A stretch of DNA of 64,000 nucleotides from Zygnema circumcarinatum SAG 698-1b (lineage: Eukaryota > Plantae > Zygnematophyceae): NCBI GenBank assembly GCA_037447605.1, contig CM074806.1, forward strand, positions 992,001-1,056,000. The letters are read 5' to 3'. A program made the translations under genes and the position numbers. The notes under the pieces are model-generated. The model had not been told where the DNA came from. It worked only from the letters and a program-made list of their open reading frames with translations, and did no database searches. Below are positions 38,601-56,523 of this stretch, one piece after another. The first letter of the stretch is position 1. Each line of letters begins with the position of its first letter.

Positions 38601-41030
38601 CGGATGCAGCACTGCCTCCCTCAATGCTATGTCGAGATGCTGCTGAGGGGATAGGGGTACAAAATGGCGAATTTCAAGGCGAGCTATGGCTGCCGCTGGG
38701 AGGAGCATTCGCAGAGTAGCCCAGGTAGTGCCCACGCCTATCACCAGAACCAAGGGCAGTTCTGAACGCCACTCACTGCCAGTCTCCCTCCAATTCCCAT
38801 TGTGACTTTTAAGAGAACAGACGTTAAGGTCAATGGAAGCCGCTTTGCTTCCTGCTCTAGGGTCTACATCCATAACCCCCCCACCCTCCCTCCATCTCAC
38901 TTTCTCTATCGAGAGGGACAAAGATTACCAGAGTAATCGTAGCAGGGTACATACGCTCTGCGGTTGGCATGCTTCTGCTTCCTCCAACAGCAGCACGAAA
39001 TGTGCCACGTGTTTTCCCGCTTCACGGTACCACGCCATCAAAATCTCCATATCCGCCGTCTGGACAAGTGAAGCGAAAGCTTCAAATGGAGGTAAGGATC
39101 ACTTGGGGCAGCTATGTTTAAGGATATAGCTAGTAATCGAATGCAGGCTCGCAGGAGGGTTAGGACTGACAACAACTACATTTACAAAGGACAGTTCTAG
39201 ACCTCCGACTCATCTCCAGCCAGTTTTCAAAAACTCGTTATCTCACCACCCAAAGCCTTTGCGTTAATGCCAACTGGTTTACCAGTATTCTTTTACGCCC
39301 AAAAAATTCACCAACAGTCTAAAACTAGTCCAATTTTTTAAGGTATGAGAAAGGGATTCCTTGCTACGATTACGCGCGTCCACATTAAGAGTGGCGCAAG
39401 GATCAAGAGAATTAAAATTGGACTTAAAAAATAAAGGTCAAGTAGCGTAAATGGAGGCCAATAGAAAAGTTGTAGGGTCAACATTTGGTTAAAAATTTAA
39501 AATCAAAAGCCATAATTCAAGTTAAGCTTAGTCAGAACTTCATGTCAAACTAAAATTAGTTGGAATAGAAAGAATCTCGGGCTTATGGTTGTACGATAGC
39601 CAGGCGATCAGTTGTGAAAAGCATCTAGCAATTATCTTGCCGAGTATAGGCGTTCTTCGTGAAATGAACGTCTTTTCTCTTGCATTGACCCACAAACATT
39701 TCCCCCCAAAAAGTCCCTATGCTCAGACTACATGGAAGCTAAACGATTTTTGGCATTTCTACCCTTCCAAATTCTGCAATTTATTTTTTGACTGAATATC
39801 TGTCTGACTGGAGATGCAGAGACTGACCTCGGGCTCTATGCCAGTCCACTGCTGCAGAATGCTCCTGACAGACGCCACGGTCCCAGCACTGCCAGAAATG
39901 CTCAGCTGCAGGGGCGAAAGCCTTGCCACAAGGCAGCTCTGGTCAGAGAGATGGCTCCCTAGCAATGCCATGCTCTTGCTGTTGTCCGCCCATCCAAGCC
40001 CGCCTGTAACAAAGCGCCCTCAGGCCATGAATCCAGAGGCGAGAAAAATCCACCAGGAAACAGAGAGTGGACATTTATAATAATAATAATAAAACGCTTT
40101 TGGAACAGGAAGTATTGAAAATGGCATTAAACAAGGTCCGAACTTCAATAGGACTAGTTGCCGATGCTCTTAATAAAGCCTAAATCAAATTCGTAAAATG
40201 ATTTAGATCACAGAGTTTAAACGAGTAAAATTCTGAAATCTTCTGTTTGCGAAAAATCGGCAAATAGGACGACACCTTAAACTGAGCATAGCCTCCGAGC
40301 GTAAATGTGGGGAAAGGGAGAAAATTCTGTTACATATTACGAATGTTTTCGTGAATTTTCCTTTTTAATTTCTGGGCGGTGAACTAATGTAGGCTTACCA
40401 AAATCCACGACAGCTGTCGGAAGTTTCACTGCTGCAAGGCCCTTAGTCTGCTGTTGGTCCTCCGCAGAAGAAAACTTGGTGGAAACCACCCATTCTTGAA
40501 TGGAAGCCCTGTACGATTCTGCCTCCTCCACGGCCTTCTGTGTCCCTCACATGAACGCGCACAATCTCCTCAGACACTACTGATGAAGGACAGCTCGCAC
40601 ATTGAGAGCTTGTCCGTTCATAAAACAAAAAAAAAAAACGCATTTGTTTCTGGTTACCTTCACTCGGCCTTCAATAGCATCCCAGACCTCCGCAAAGGCA
40701 CGGCTGCGCAGTTCAGCACACTCCTGAGCCTCTCCAGCGAGACAAGGAAGCACCACAGGTGCGGAACTCCTCCCGTCTCCCTCATTTCCTTCCCCTCCAG
40801 AGCGGGACTTCCTCCTCGTGCGCGGCCCTTTCTCCAGAGAGCTGGGCGCTCCGTGCAGGATTTTCCATTGCTGAGCAGAGGAGAGCATAAGCAAATGTTA
40901 GAACTCAATACCAACCACAAACCCTAAATTCAGCTCTACTTCCGAAATCATGGCGAGCATACAATGCAGAAAGGCGCAAGAGGAGAGGGCAACGCCCACC
41001 CACCTGATGGCTCTCCAGATCGCTCGCCAT
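35671..41030 (-). CDS. ORC3: Origin recognition complex subunit 3, multi-exon
   Basis: ATG at 41030 (MASDLESHQ|QWKILHGAP...ELRSRAFAEVWDAIEGRVK). Then TADMEILMAWY...VLLLEEAE, SEWRSELPLVLVIGVGTTWATLRMLLP, HDHTVAAFIRCLK, PDTCLA|YAL...NIMEWYKDF and C-terminal Q|GRFMRAAAELRLLGVL. Confidence 0.88.
35777..35908 (-). other. U12-type (minor spliceosome) GT-AG intron, last intron of ORC3
   Basis: Donor GTATCCTTT (35908-35900), branch-like TTCCCTTGAC (35804-35795) with the A 19 nt from the 3' AG at 35777. Splicing joins LLVQ to GRFMRAAAEL. Confidence 0.75.
40919..40928 (+). promoter_or_regulatory. Telo-box (AAACCCTAAA) inside ORC3 intron 1, within about 350 bp of both the ORC3 and DUF676 starts
   Basis: Exact motif in the sequence; function inferred only. 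Confidence 0.35.
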
Positions 41031-41110
41031 GGCTGCTCCTCCCCAAGCACTCCTCCGATGAAGAAGGCAGCCTCCAAAAGTGCTCTGGCGCCCCTCCAAG
41101 CTCCAGTGAC

Positions 41111-41166
41111 CGTACAACACCGTACGGTCGTACAGTTCCTTTTCGTACAGTATGGCGTTTTCGTAC
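41111..41166. promoter_or_regulatory. Cluster of five CGTAC motifs (SBP-box-type) in the ORC3/DUF676 bidirectional promoter
   Basis: CGTAC at 41111, 41121, 41129, 41144 and 41162, including CCGTACAA and the palindrome ACCGTACGGT. Confidence 0.4.
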
Positions 41167-41266
41167 GGTCTAATGTATGGATTTTGCTGACCGTTTACGG
41201 TTGGCTCCAGGGGCTTCCAGGAGGAAGAAGACAGGGACGAGCAGAGCAGGGGGGGCCCACTTCGGG

Positions 41267-44200
41267 ATGGCATTATGGGGGAAGCTTGCTGCTGCCTCTC
41301 TGGCAAGGCCTGCGGACAGCTTTGTTTTCAGGCTGAGGGAGGTGAGGGCTGGGAGAGGGAGAGTGGGAGAGAGAGGGGGAGAAGGGTGGAGGAGAGGAGG
41401 GAGGTTGGAAGGGGAGAGAGTCGGGTTTCCTTGGAGAGGTGAGCGACGGGTGCAGTCGCTCGTAGGGAAGTCGAGTGTGGTGGCCATGGCTTCTATGAGT
41501 GTGGAAACGCAGGAATTGGTGATCGAGGAGAGGATGGCGAAAGTGAATGAGGGTGGCCGGAGGAGTGGAGAGGGGCCTGAGCATTTGGTTCTGCTTGTTA
41601 ATGGCATTTTTGCAAGGTTAAGCCCTTTGTCCTGAAGGTGGTTGGCCATAGTGATTTCATTTTTTCTGGTTATTTCATAGTCTGGCCTTTTAGGTGTAGG
41701 TTTGTTGTGTTCCAGGTTTTTGAAGACGATTCGCAGGTCAACTTTGAATGTTCCTTCGCTGCAAGCATTCCGCTTGCTAGCTTGCTAAGAAAAGGATTAT
41801 CACCACTAGCTGTATCAAATAAAATATTGTCAAAATGGTTACCAATATTATTTGAGCATGCACGCCTTCAATAACACTGTTTCGGCAGCCTGTCCCATTT
41901 TGAACAGTAGCTTTTAAACTTGACTCTCCTCCCTTTCTGGAAACGAAACGTGATGATTTTAAAAGGTGGCCTTCTAGGAACCGTAGAGAATGCAATGCAG
42001 AGTGGTCTAATCAGACGACTCTCTTGGCTCTGTGTATGCAGTGCGAACGACTGGAGCTACGTTGCAGGAGAGTTGACGAAAAGACTGGCGTCGCACGTGC
42101 TTGTATATGGTTAGTGACTGTTTCTCCTGATCACCACTTGTAGGAATGTTGGCTCAACGTTTGGGGTTAGGAAGTTCTGCAACATGGCGGAACTAAGGGG
42201 CGACATTTGCTGGAGCTCCGTTTTATCTCTCGCTCGTAGTTGCATGCAATTGGTCACCCTTTCTCATTCGCATTTTTATTATGTGAGGCTGACCTAAGTT
42301 TTGCTTCGTGGTTTTCTCCTTTCCGATGACCCAGCAAGTACTGCAAATTCCTACTTCATGACACTGGAGGGAATTAATGCTGCTGGAAGACGATTGGCTG
42401 AAGAGGTGCCTGCTAAGTGATCTTATTCCCGGTATTTGAAGCACAGCCTTGCTCGGATATCAAAAGGAAATTCCGTTTTGAGCTTATCATGCTGGAGTGG
42501 GAGATTGAAACCTTGTTAGACTATGGCGATAATTATACAGAATATAGACCTTGTATGTCGTGCAACTGCAATTTATAACAAAAAATATGAAGATTAATTG
42601 GCCCTGGTTTCACTCTGCTGCTTGAGATCACTACCCCATGTGTGTCTGCGGCGTTAGTCATTTTTCACCGGCGTGAACGATATATGTATTGGAAGCATTT
42701 GAATCAAGCCATACAATGGCTTTGAGACGGCATTTTCCAGTTATCCCCATTCTGATGATGTAAAATTACACTACTTGGTGTGTATGGATGATGTTGAAGG
42801 CAGAATTTCTTAATGAATACTTGTTCAGACCTTTAAGACCTCTTTTTGACAGTTTGAAGTGCAGATGACTGACGACGGCTGTTGAATAGTGCAGGTGCAT
42901 GTAATGAAACAAAAAAATCCTTCACTCAAGCGAATAACAGTGGTTGCACATTCTCTTGGTGGGCTTATAGCTCGCTACGCAGTCGGCATACTTTACACCC
43001 CCCGGCCCCAGGATAGGTTCGCATTTGGCCTTGCTGCTATTTCGGTAGCATATGTGTATGACTGCCCCTGCATTACGGCAATCTTTTTGGAAAGGGGTTC
43101 ATTTGTAATGTGTGGACGTTTATGCGTATGGCATGCAGTAACTCTGTGTCTGGAACAGCGTCAGGAGGGAGCAATGGGGGCTTATTGGCTGGCTTAGAGC
43201 CAATAAACTTCATCACTTTGGCGACACCTCATTTAGGAGTTAGAGGAAGGCGTCAGGTGAGCTTTTGAATTTTTCTTTCTAGTGCATGAACAGGCCGTCC
43301 TGCACGCAAATTGTATTTTAAATTTGTACTTTATTCGCGTTCAGTTGTCAAACTGGCATGTTCAGCCTCAAGCTGAGCTCGATCTTTAGGCTGAAGCGAG
43401 AGTTGAGACAGCTAAGCTATAATCATTCTAATCCTTCTGCATCCTGAATGTTGTAATTCCAGCTTCCTTTCTTGCTTGGACTTGGAGTGCTGGAGGATTT
43501 GGCTCCTCCCCTGGCACCTCTCTTTGTGGGACGTACGGGACGGCAGCTCTTTCTTTCAGATGGAAATCTGGCCAAGGGCAAGCGACCCCTTCTTGTGAGC
43601 ATGGCTTCCGATGCGCCAAATCTGGCGTTCATGTACGCACTCCTTTTTAACACAAACCAGTGTTGCAAGCACAGATTAAGTCTCTTTTCAACGCGTGATG
43701 CGTGAAGGCTATGTATTGGAGAGTGAGATCTCTGTAGGCTGTTTACTCAGTCTCACAAGCTGCTGAGAGTTGTCATGGCTGTCGTGTGCGATGTATGCCT
43801 TGGTGAAAGGTATGGAGGCTTTCTGCAGTCAGGTAACGCTATAAAAGACAAATGTCCTCACTAGCATGATCGAGACTGTTCCGGCTGCGGCATAGGAGAG
43901 GTCCAAGGATGGACTTAGATAGAGTCCATAGAGTAGAATAGATAGACATATTTCTTCTAGTGCAGTGTGCAGTGACTAGCGAGAGATCGACATAGGGATG
44001 TATTTAAAGCTGAGTAAGGTGCGGGTGATTGAATAATTGCAGATCAGGTCTCGCGGCTTTTCGATTGCGTGTGCTGTATGCAAATGTTGGCTATGATCAC
44101 ATGGTAGGCTGGCGTACATCATGCATTCGGCGAGAAGCGGAGCTTCCCACGGTACAACTTTCTATCCATTTGAACCAATTCTATGAGTAGCTTTAGTATG

Positions 44201-45448
44201 ATGAGAGATCAGCTCCACTTTCATTATAACACACGCGTTGGAAGGCTCGTTTCTGTGAATGGGACAATTTCATGGCTTAGGCCTGCCTTTTTATCGTCGT
44301 GGCTCGCATGATGTGCTTTTGCATCTATCTCTGAATGTCTGCGAAGCGAATGACACTCAGTCCCTTACTTTCCTGACCTAGGGTCCCTATGTCCGATTTT
44401 TCACTATAAATGACTGCTTTCTCTCTCCTACTGTTTGTTGTTCCTTTCACCTGTTCCAGACACTGTTCCTTGGAGCTCTTGGCTAAATGATGCTGGCAGA
44501 TGGACATGTTTTCTTGTTGTAGTAGTTACGCTAATCCTTTGACTCGTCTTGCGGTATAAAGTAGGATAGGCCCAGGTTGGGACCTTAATCCTTATAGAGG
44601 GCCGTACTTTGTTGCGCATGTATTCTGCCAGTTGGATGTTAACTCCTGTGTGGTTGGCCGGTTGAAGCAGCTACCGAGGAAGTCAATTAGTACCCGATAC
44701 AAACATATTCTCCTGGTTGAAGACTCTCCGGCTGTGCCGCACGTGCGCTCCAACAATGCAGAACTTGCTGATAATGGAACGGCAAATGAGAGGGCGGCCA
44801 GACTCCACGACGCTCTTGAAGGCAGGTTTCCCTCCTCTAATGGGTGGACCTTCAAGGAATCGTCAGCAGTTCACTTTGGATGACAGGAGGGGAGCAGTAT
44901 TTCATTGAGCTTTTTGAACGATTTTAATACGAAGCGCGTGTTTTGACTTCGGAGAACACTCGGCGAGACTGCTTATCCGTTTATCCTACGAAAGCACCAT
45001 GTCTGGCCTCGATATAAAGTGTTTTTTTCTGTTGGGTTCAGAACACCGCTGATGAAGCCTACTATTTTCCCTATGCAGAGGAAATGATTGCGGGACTGCA
45101 GCAAGTGCCTTGGAGAAGAGTTGAAGTTAGCTTTCGCGGAGCCTTTTGGCCGTTCTTTGCACATAACAACATTCATGTGAGCTCTCGTCTCTTCTGTGTC
45201 TGGAAAGCCATCCAAACCCATTTTACCAGGACCTTTTGGGACCCTTGTATTATTTGTAGCTCTCTGTCCATACCTGAGCAAGTGCGAATCGAGTTCACTG
45301 CTTTCAAGCAGACTCAAACTTTCCGCAAGATGTGACGGTGCAGGTGAAGCAGGAGTGGCTGCATTTTGAAGGCGCCGGAGTTGTTGCTCACCTCGCAGAC
45401 ACCATATATGAAAGTGATCCTGTGTCTCGGCCTGTTGCTAGGCTATGA
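41267..45448 (+). CDS. DUF676 putative serine esterase/lipase (alpha/beta hydrolase), multi-exon
   Basis: PEHLVLLVNGIFA|SANDW, TLEGINAAGRRLAEE, ITVVAHSLGGLIARYAVG (GxSxG-type nucleophile), NFITLATPHLGVRG, LFVGRTGRQLFL, F..RVLYANV..DHMVGWRTSCIRR, EEEMIAGLQQVPWRRVEVSF...FAHNNIH|VKQEWLHFEGAGVVAHL. Confidence 0.88.
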
Positions 45449-46512
45449 GTTGCTTCCTATACAGCCTCGCTTGGAAGAGACTGATTGAGGCTTAGTTGAC
45501 TAGCAAACCTTACTATGGAGCAGGTAGCAGACAAACAGCACCGCCGCGTTTTAACTAAGTACCCTGAACCTTCTGAAGTGATCTTCAGAAGTTATCGGCG
45601 TGGTTGTGTATTCAGTGCCCCTTCTTACATAGTTCACAAATGGGGGAATTGCTCTCGCAGCGACGAAGCAATGGCTGGAATTGACTGTTGGCAGTAGACA
45701 GTAGGGGAATTGGAGCAGGGCGCGTCTAGGTTGTCAAATAGTCCGAGAATAGCCTTTTAGCTTAGGAAGGGCACATGCTGTGTCTAGGAGTAGGCGGGTT
45801 CATCTGTAGATTTGGTTGATATGCAATGTGGTTTTCGTGCAAGTTGGCGGTATTTTTCTCGTGACGCCTAGCTTTATCTGAGGTCAGCAAGGGACCGTTT
45901 CTTAAGGAGGGTTCCTTATGGGGCGTCAACAATTTTTTGGCGTGACAGCCTGCTTGAGTGATCTGACTTTCTTTTGTGTGCTGGCTTCAATATGGCTGGT
46001 TCTGGTGCCTAGTACTGACATTGTTCAGTAGCAACTGCTAGCTTCCTTCTGCTCAAAGCACAGTTCCTTTGAGCAATTACGAGCGTCTTGAATGAACTTC
46101 AGCCATCGAAGGACAAAAGCGGATAGCAGGAGGAAGAGAGAGGAGGGAGAGAGGCAAGGGAGTGAAGGGAGGACGCCCACTGGATCATAGTTAAAAAAGA
46201 ATATCCCCTCGTCCTTGCCGAGCCCTATAGTTACTGTCCACATGTATACAATGACTTCCTAATCTCAGTTGAACGAGTTTCCAGGTGTTCACATCATAAA
46301 ACTGTAATTTGCAGGGCTGTCCACCACGGACCACAGTACTCCTCGTCGGCGGACGCTGCTGACCAACAGACGCTGACGTTGTAAAGGCGAGACCTATTCC
46401 GCTCCACGTATCGATTTTAGGGTTCGTCGGATCTACAAGCAAGAAGTCTGTACTCCCCTCTCTCCCGCTCATCTCTCTCCCGCTCCCTCTCCCTTCCACA
46501 AGCACAGGCAAT

Positions 46513-47059
46513 ATGTGTACCTGGGACTGCCTCTCCATCTTGGCCGCCATTTTCTTGCCGCCTCTTGGCGTCTTTATGAAAAGGGGATGCCTCTGCGAAT
46601 TCTGGGTAAGTGAACAAGCTTGTCGGAAAGCTTTTCTTTGATGCCAAGGCTCTAACTTGCATGCTGTATTAAATGTGATGTTTATAACGGGGACGATATC
46701 GTTTTTTAAGCCTGTATTGGCCGTGCTTTTCATATTTTCTCTTTCTTTGGTTGATGTTCATGATTGAATCTCATCTAGTTCTATGGCTGACGCATCTGGA
46801 CATACCGTCATTTTTATGGAATAGGTGATACTTTCAGCCGGGTTCTTTCTACACGTTGTCGTGCCCTCTCTTACTTAGTCTTTGCTCGATTAAGGTGACG
46901 TCGTTGCTTCAGTTACAAGAAGTGTCGCAAGAGGGTCAATCAGGAGTGACTGAAATAAGTGTTGTATACCTTTTGCTCGTGCAGATATCTATTCTACTCA
47001 CGATATTGGGCTATGTGCCGGGTTTGATCTACGCGATCTACGTCGTGGTGTCAGAGTGA
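46513..47059 (+). CDS. RCI2: RCI2/PMP3 (UPF0057) small hydrophobic stress protein, copy A; exons 46513-46605 and 46985-47059
   Basis: Spliced 55-aa peptide MCTWDCLSILAAIFLPPLGVFMKRGCLCEFW|ISILLTILGYVPGLIYAIYVVVSE; LPPLGVF..GC..EFW and LGY.PG.IYA motifs; GT-AG intron. Confidence 0.92.
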
Positions 47060-48011
47060 GTGACAGATCCGCCTCCACATTATCCCTGTTTCGTCAAAAT
47101 ATTCATAATGCTTTCATGCATTTCTTTGTTGCATAAATCAATGGCAATGCTTCCCTCAGTAGTATGCTTCAGAATTGAAAAATGATGCCAAATGCCAGGT
47201 CTAATGGATGCTCTTGATGTCAAACAAAACCAGTTGCTGGGCATTGTCCATTTTGAACATGAAGCTCCTATTTTGAGGGCCACGCATAGGATGGGACGCG
47301 TGCAGTTTTAAAAAGTCTCTGAACTGACTCTGAGATTTACAGTTGTCTTGTACTCCAATTAATAATATCCTGTTACTTTCGTCATGATGCAGCATCCGAA
47401 ATGAAGGAGAAGTTGTGTACTACCAAGCAGCTTGAGGACGATAGTGAACGCAAGAAGTGTAGTAAGCTGTTTCAAGGAAAATTACCAGATTTTACTCATC
47501 TGTCAGTACATAATTAGACATTGCAGATTCCTGCGGCTCAGAGCGCGGCTTTGGCCGTTAGTCACATACTTACTGATAATGCTTTGTGTATGATGTGTGT
47601 GTCTGCTGCCAGCATCGCATGCAAACAGTTCATCCAACTGTTGAATTGCCATCGGCAGACTGAACTTACCTTTACTTTTGATCTCACTTAAATAAGGAAA
47701 GCATAGTGCTATGCGCATAGTGCTGCTGGTTCGGCTTTGGAACAATGATTGACTTGAAACGTACGGGGGGTCCTGCAATGCCTGTTGTGCCTTGTTTCCC
47801 TGCAAAACGTCCCGTCGTCAGTGTGGGTCCCTTGCAAAGCTGCATCTCATCTTATCCTAAAAACCCATTTTTTGGGACTGAAAATTGGCCCAAAATTTTC
47901 CCTACATTGGCCCTAAATTGGCCATCTGTGTTGGACTTCTGACTGATTTACGGCGGGCCAACTATCATAGAATTGCGTGCTATACATGGAAACGGGCATG
48001 TGGAATGTTGA

Positions 48012-48305
48012 CACGTGGCATGCCCTCGAGCAAAGTTCGAAAATCCCAGTCGGCGATCTAACGGTCTAAGTTGGAGAGTGTGTACACGTGGCATTTTTAT
48101 GCGAAAAAGGACCTTCGGTTCAGTTCAGTTTATGTTTTGCTTAACTGCCATAGGGCTGCTTGGCCGCACGATAAGGCTTACACGTGGCGTGTAAGGGTAT
48201 GCAATCAAGTCCTGCCACGTGGCCGAATGACAGCCCCTCTATGTCTGCCAGCTGGCACTGCAACAATCCACGTGGCACCTGGAGTAACAGAGGCGTTGAC
48301 ACGTG
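48012..48305. promoter_or_regulatory. Cluster of six G-box/ABRE motifs between the convergent RCI2 copies
   Basis: CACGTG at 48012, 48085, 48181, 48216, 48269 and 48300; the first five read CACGTGGC. Confidence 0.6.
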
Positions 48306-49490
48306 TCAGGTTTGGAGAGGCGAGCGGGAGAGGGAGAGAGGGGGAGAGTGGAAAGGCGAGAGAGATGGAGCGCACTCGCGCTTGCCCATGGCGGGACGGA
48401 CCCAATTCTCTCCCTTCTTTGCGCCAAAGCGTTCACGATTCAGACTAAGCGAGAAGGGACGGTAAAAGATCAAAACTATATGACGATGACTAAGCAAAAG
48501 GGGAGGAGGAGGCGCGGGAGGGGGACAGTAGAGGCGGCCAATGGGTGGTTCATTTCGCGCAAGTAAAGGCCTTTAGAAGCCCCGCCCCCCCCTGGCCCCC
48601 TCCCAGCCCCATAGTCCACAGTCCTCCATTTTCCTCCCACGCCCATCACCGACCCCTCCGCCCTCTCAGTCTCCCTCCCCCTGCCGGCCCATCAAGCCCC
48701 CTCTCTCCCGCACTCCTCCAATCTCGCAGAGGGCAAATCGCAGAGACATGCAGAGAGGGGATGAATCGAGAAGGGGTTGCTTTAACGAGCGCAGATGAAC
48801 CACATCCCTAAGCTTGCACGAACGATGCTATTTACAGAACTGCACGTTCTCTCTCAGACATGCCTTCTTGAACTACTTTCTAAACAGGTCCTGCATACTC
48901 TCCTATTTTACTTACAAGTGCCACGTTCCTTCTAACTCTACAAATTAAGATTTGTGTGTAATTCCTACCGACTCGCTCGCAGGACTCGCAGGGGTGTACA
49001 TTGATGCGCGGCATTAGATACAGGAGACAAAAATATATTTGGTAGGGTGACCAACGTTGACCAGCGTTGACTCGCGAGTGAATGCACCGTTGGAGCTTGC
49101 TCCGATTCTAGCTGTTCTGATAGTACACGACCTGCCCGTCGACGCCATGGATGCTGCACCGCCGCCAGACAGACAGACAGTCCACAAGCTTTAATTGCTC
49201 AGGTTTTCACTCCCGTTTTTTCAATCACAAAAAGAGGGGATTTACAAAATAGCATGAAAGCCACCACTATAAATCGTCTCTTTCCGGCAATGCAGGACAC
49301 AACACGTCAAGCAAACAATTGAATGCTGTGTCCGGCTAATCAACCTTCAACCTCATATAGCTTTGGGGAAAGTAGTTAAAGGAGAAGCGGATGAGCTTTC
49401 CTTCGTCACAAGTAAGGAAAGGTTAAGGGGTCCCAAAACAAGAAGAAGAAAAAGAAGAAGTAATTCAGTTTAGTGGGAGGGTGTTGTAGC

Positions 49491-49968
49491 TCACTCCTTG
49501 ACCACCACGTAGACGGAGTATATGAGGCCGGGCAGGTAGCCGAGCAGAGTGAGGAGGATGGAGATCTGCAACCGAGAATGGAAGCTCGTCGGAAGTCAGC
49601 AACGCTTGCTTACAAGGGCTGCAGGTAAGCTCTAGTCATTCAGGCTGAAGCGTCCTATTACTTAACAAAGTAAAATACTCCTTGGCAATAATATCCGTTT
49701 CATGTGGAATGTACACCATTGTGAAGATAAACAACAACACTCACCAGGCAAGGAATTGCACACGAAGAAGAAAATCCTTATTTAAAAAAGAGGTATCAAA
49801 AAGACTATTCTCAAGCTATGAACTGCGATAGACGCCTGCCTCCCCTCCTTCCCGCCTGCCTGGAGAGGGCCTCACCCAGAACTCGCAGGTGCATCCTCTC
49901 TTCATGAAGACGCCGAGCGGCGGCAGAACGATGGCCGCCAGCACCGCCAGACAGTCCCAGCTGCACAT
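49491..49968 (-). CDS. RCI2: RCI2/PMP3 (UPF0057) small hydrophobic stress protein, copy B; exons 49968-49876 and 49565-49491
   Basis: Spliced 55-aa peptide MCSWDCLAVLAAIVLPPLGVFMKRGCTCEFW|ISILLTLLGYLPGLIYSVYVVVKE; same intron position and phase as copy A. Confidence 0.92.
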
Positions 49969-50234
49969 CCTCGCTCACTGGCTCGGCCTCCTTGAAGCAA
50001 CGCTCTCAGAGTGTCAACTTCCTCTTTTGGGAAGGAGAGGGAGCAGGGAGGAGCAGGGAGAGGGAGAGGGAGAGGCAGAGGGAGTGGGAGAGGCAGAGGG
50101 AGAGGCAGAGGGAAAGGTAGTGGGAGAGGCAGGAGTGGGAAAGGGAGAGGGGACGGCGGCTGCCGGGCACTGCGCGAGGGGAAAGGCCCTATTTGTAGCT
50201 GCAATTGACGCCCTGGCGAATGGGCAGCGAGAGC

Positions 50235-50332
50235 CACGTGGCGGCCAACGATTGGGCCTCGCGATGCCGCTGAAGTGCAACCGACAAAGGTCCGACAAAG
50301 GTCCACGTGGTCAATTCAAATTCCGTCACGTG
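50235..50332 (-). promoter_or_regulatory. G-box/ABRE and DRE-core motifs upstream of RCI2 copy B
   Basis: CACGTG at 50235, 50304 and 50327; ACCGAC at 50280 and CCGAC at 50292, within the tandem CCGACAAAGGT duplication. Confidence 0.55.
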
Positions 50333-50481
50333 GCAACCAGTCGGCCTGGCCGCCTCCGGCGAGATTCGAGGCTGGCAGCTGGTGCTCCGGGCGGGAGTTT
50401 TTGTCGTATCTGTGTGAATGACCCTGTGGGCAACATGGCCGCGTAGTTCCACGTTCTAACTCGAGTTATTGGCTCAAAGCG

Positions 50482-50622
50482 TACAACATGACATTGTACG
50501 CGTCTATGCTTCAACATGAAGGAAAAATATGCATCCATATTACAACATGACATTGTACGCATCTATGTTACAACATGACATTGTACGCATCCATGTTACA
50601 ACCTGAAGGAAGCGTACACATG
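50482..50622. repeat. ~28-bp minisatellite, about 5 units
   Basis: Consensus TACAACATGACATTGTACGCATCTATGT. Three near-perfect units plus two variants carrying GAAGGAA. Confidence 0.85.
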
Positions 50623-50730
50623 TGAACCAGATAGCTCGCAGTCGAGCCCTAGAGAAGCCCCCTCCCTGAACCTCACACCTCCCTCTCTACCTCAGCTCTG
50701 CGCTGCTGCAAGCGCGAGCCCATCTCAGCC

Positions 50731-56487
<5,757 letters not shown>

Positions 56488-56523
56488 GGCGGACGCACTT
56501 CCGCCCAAGCTTCGACGCTTCTC

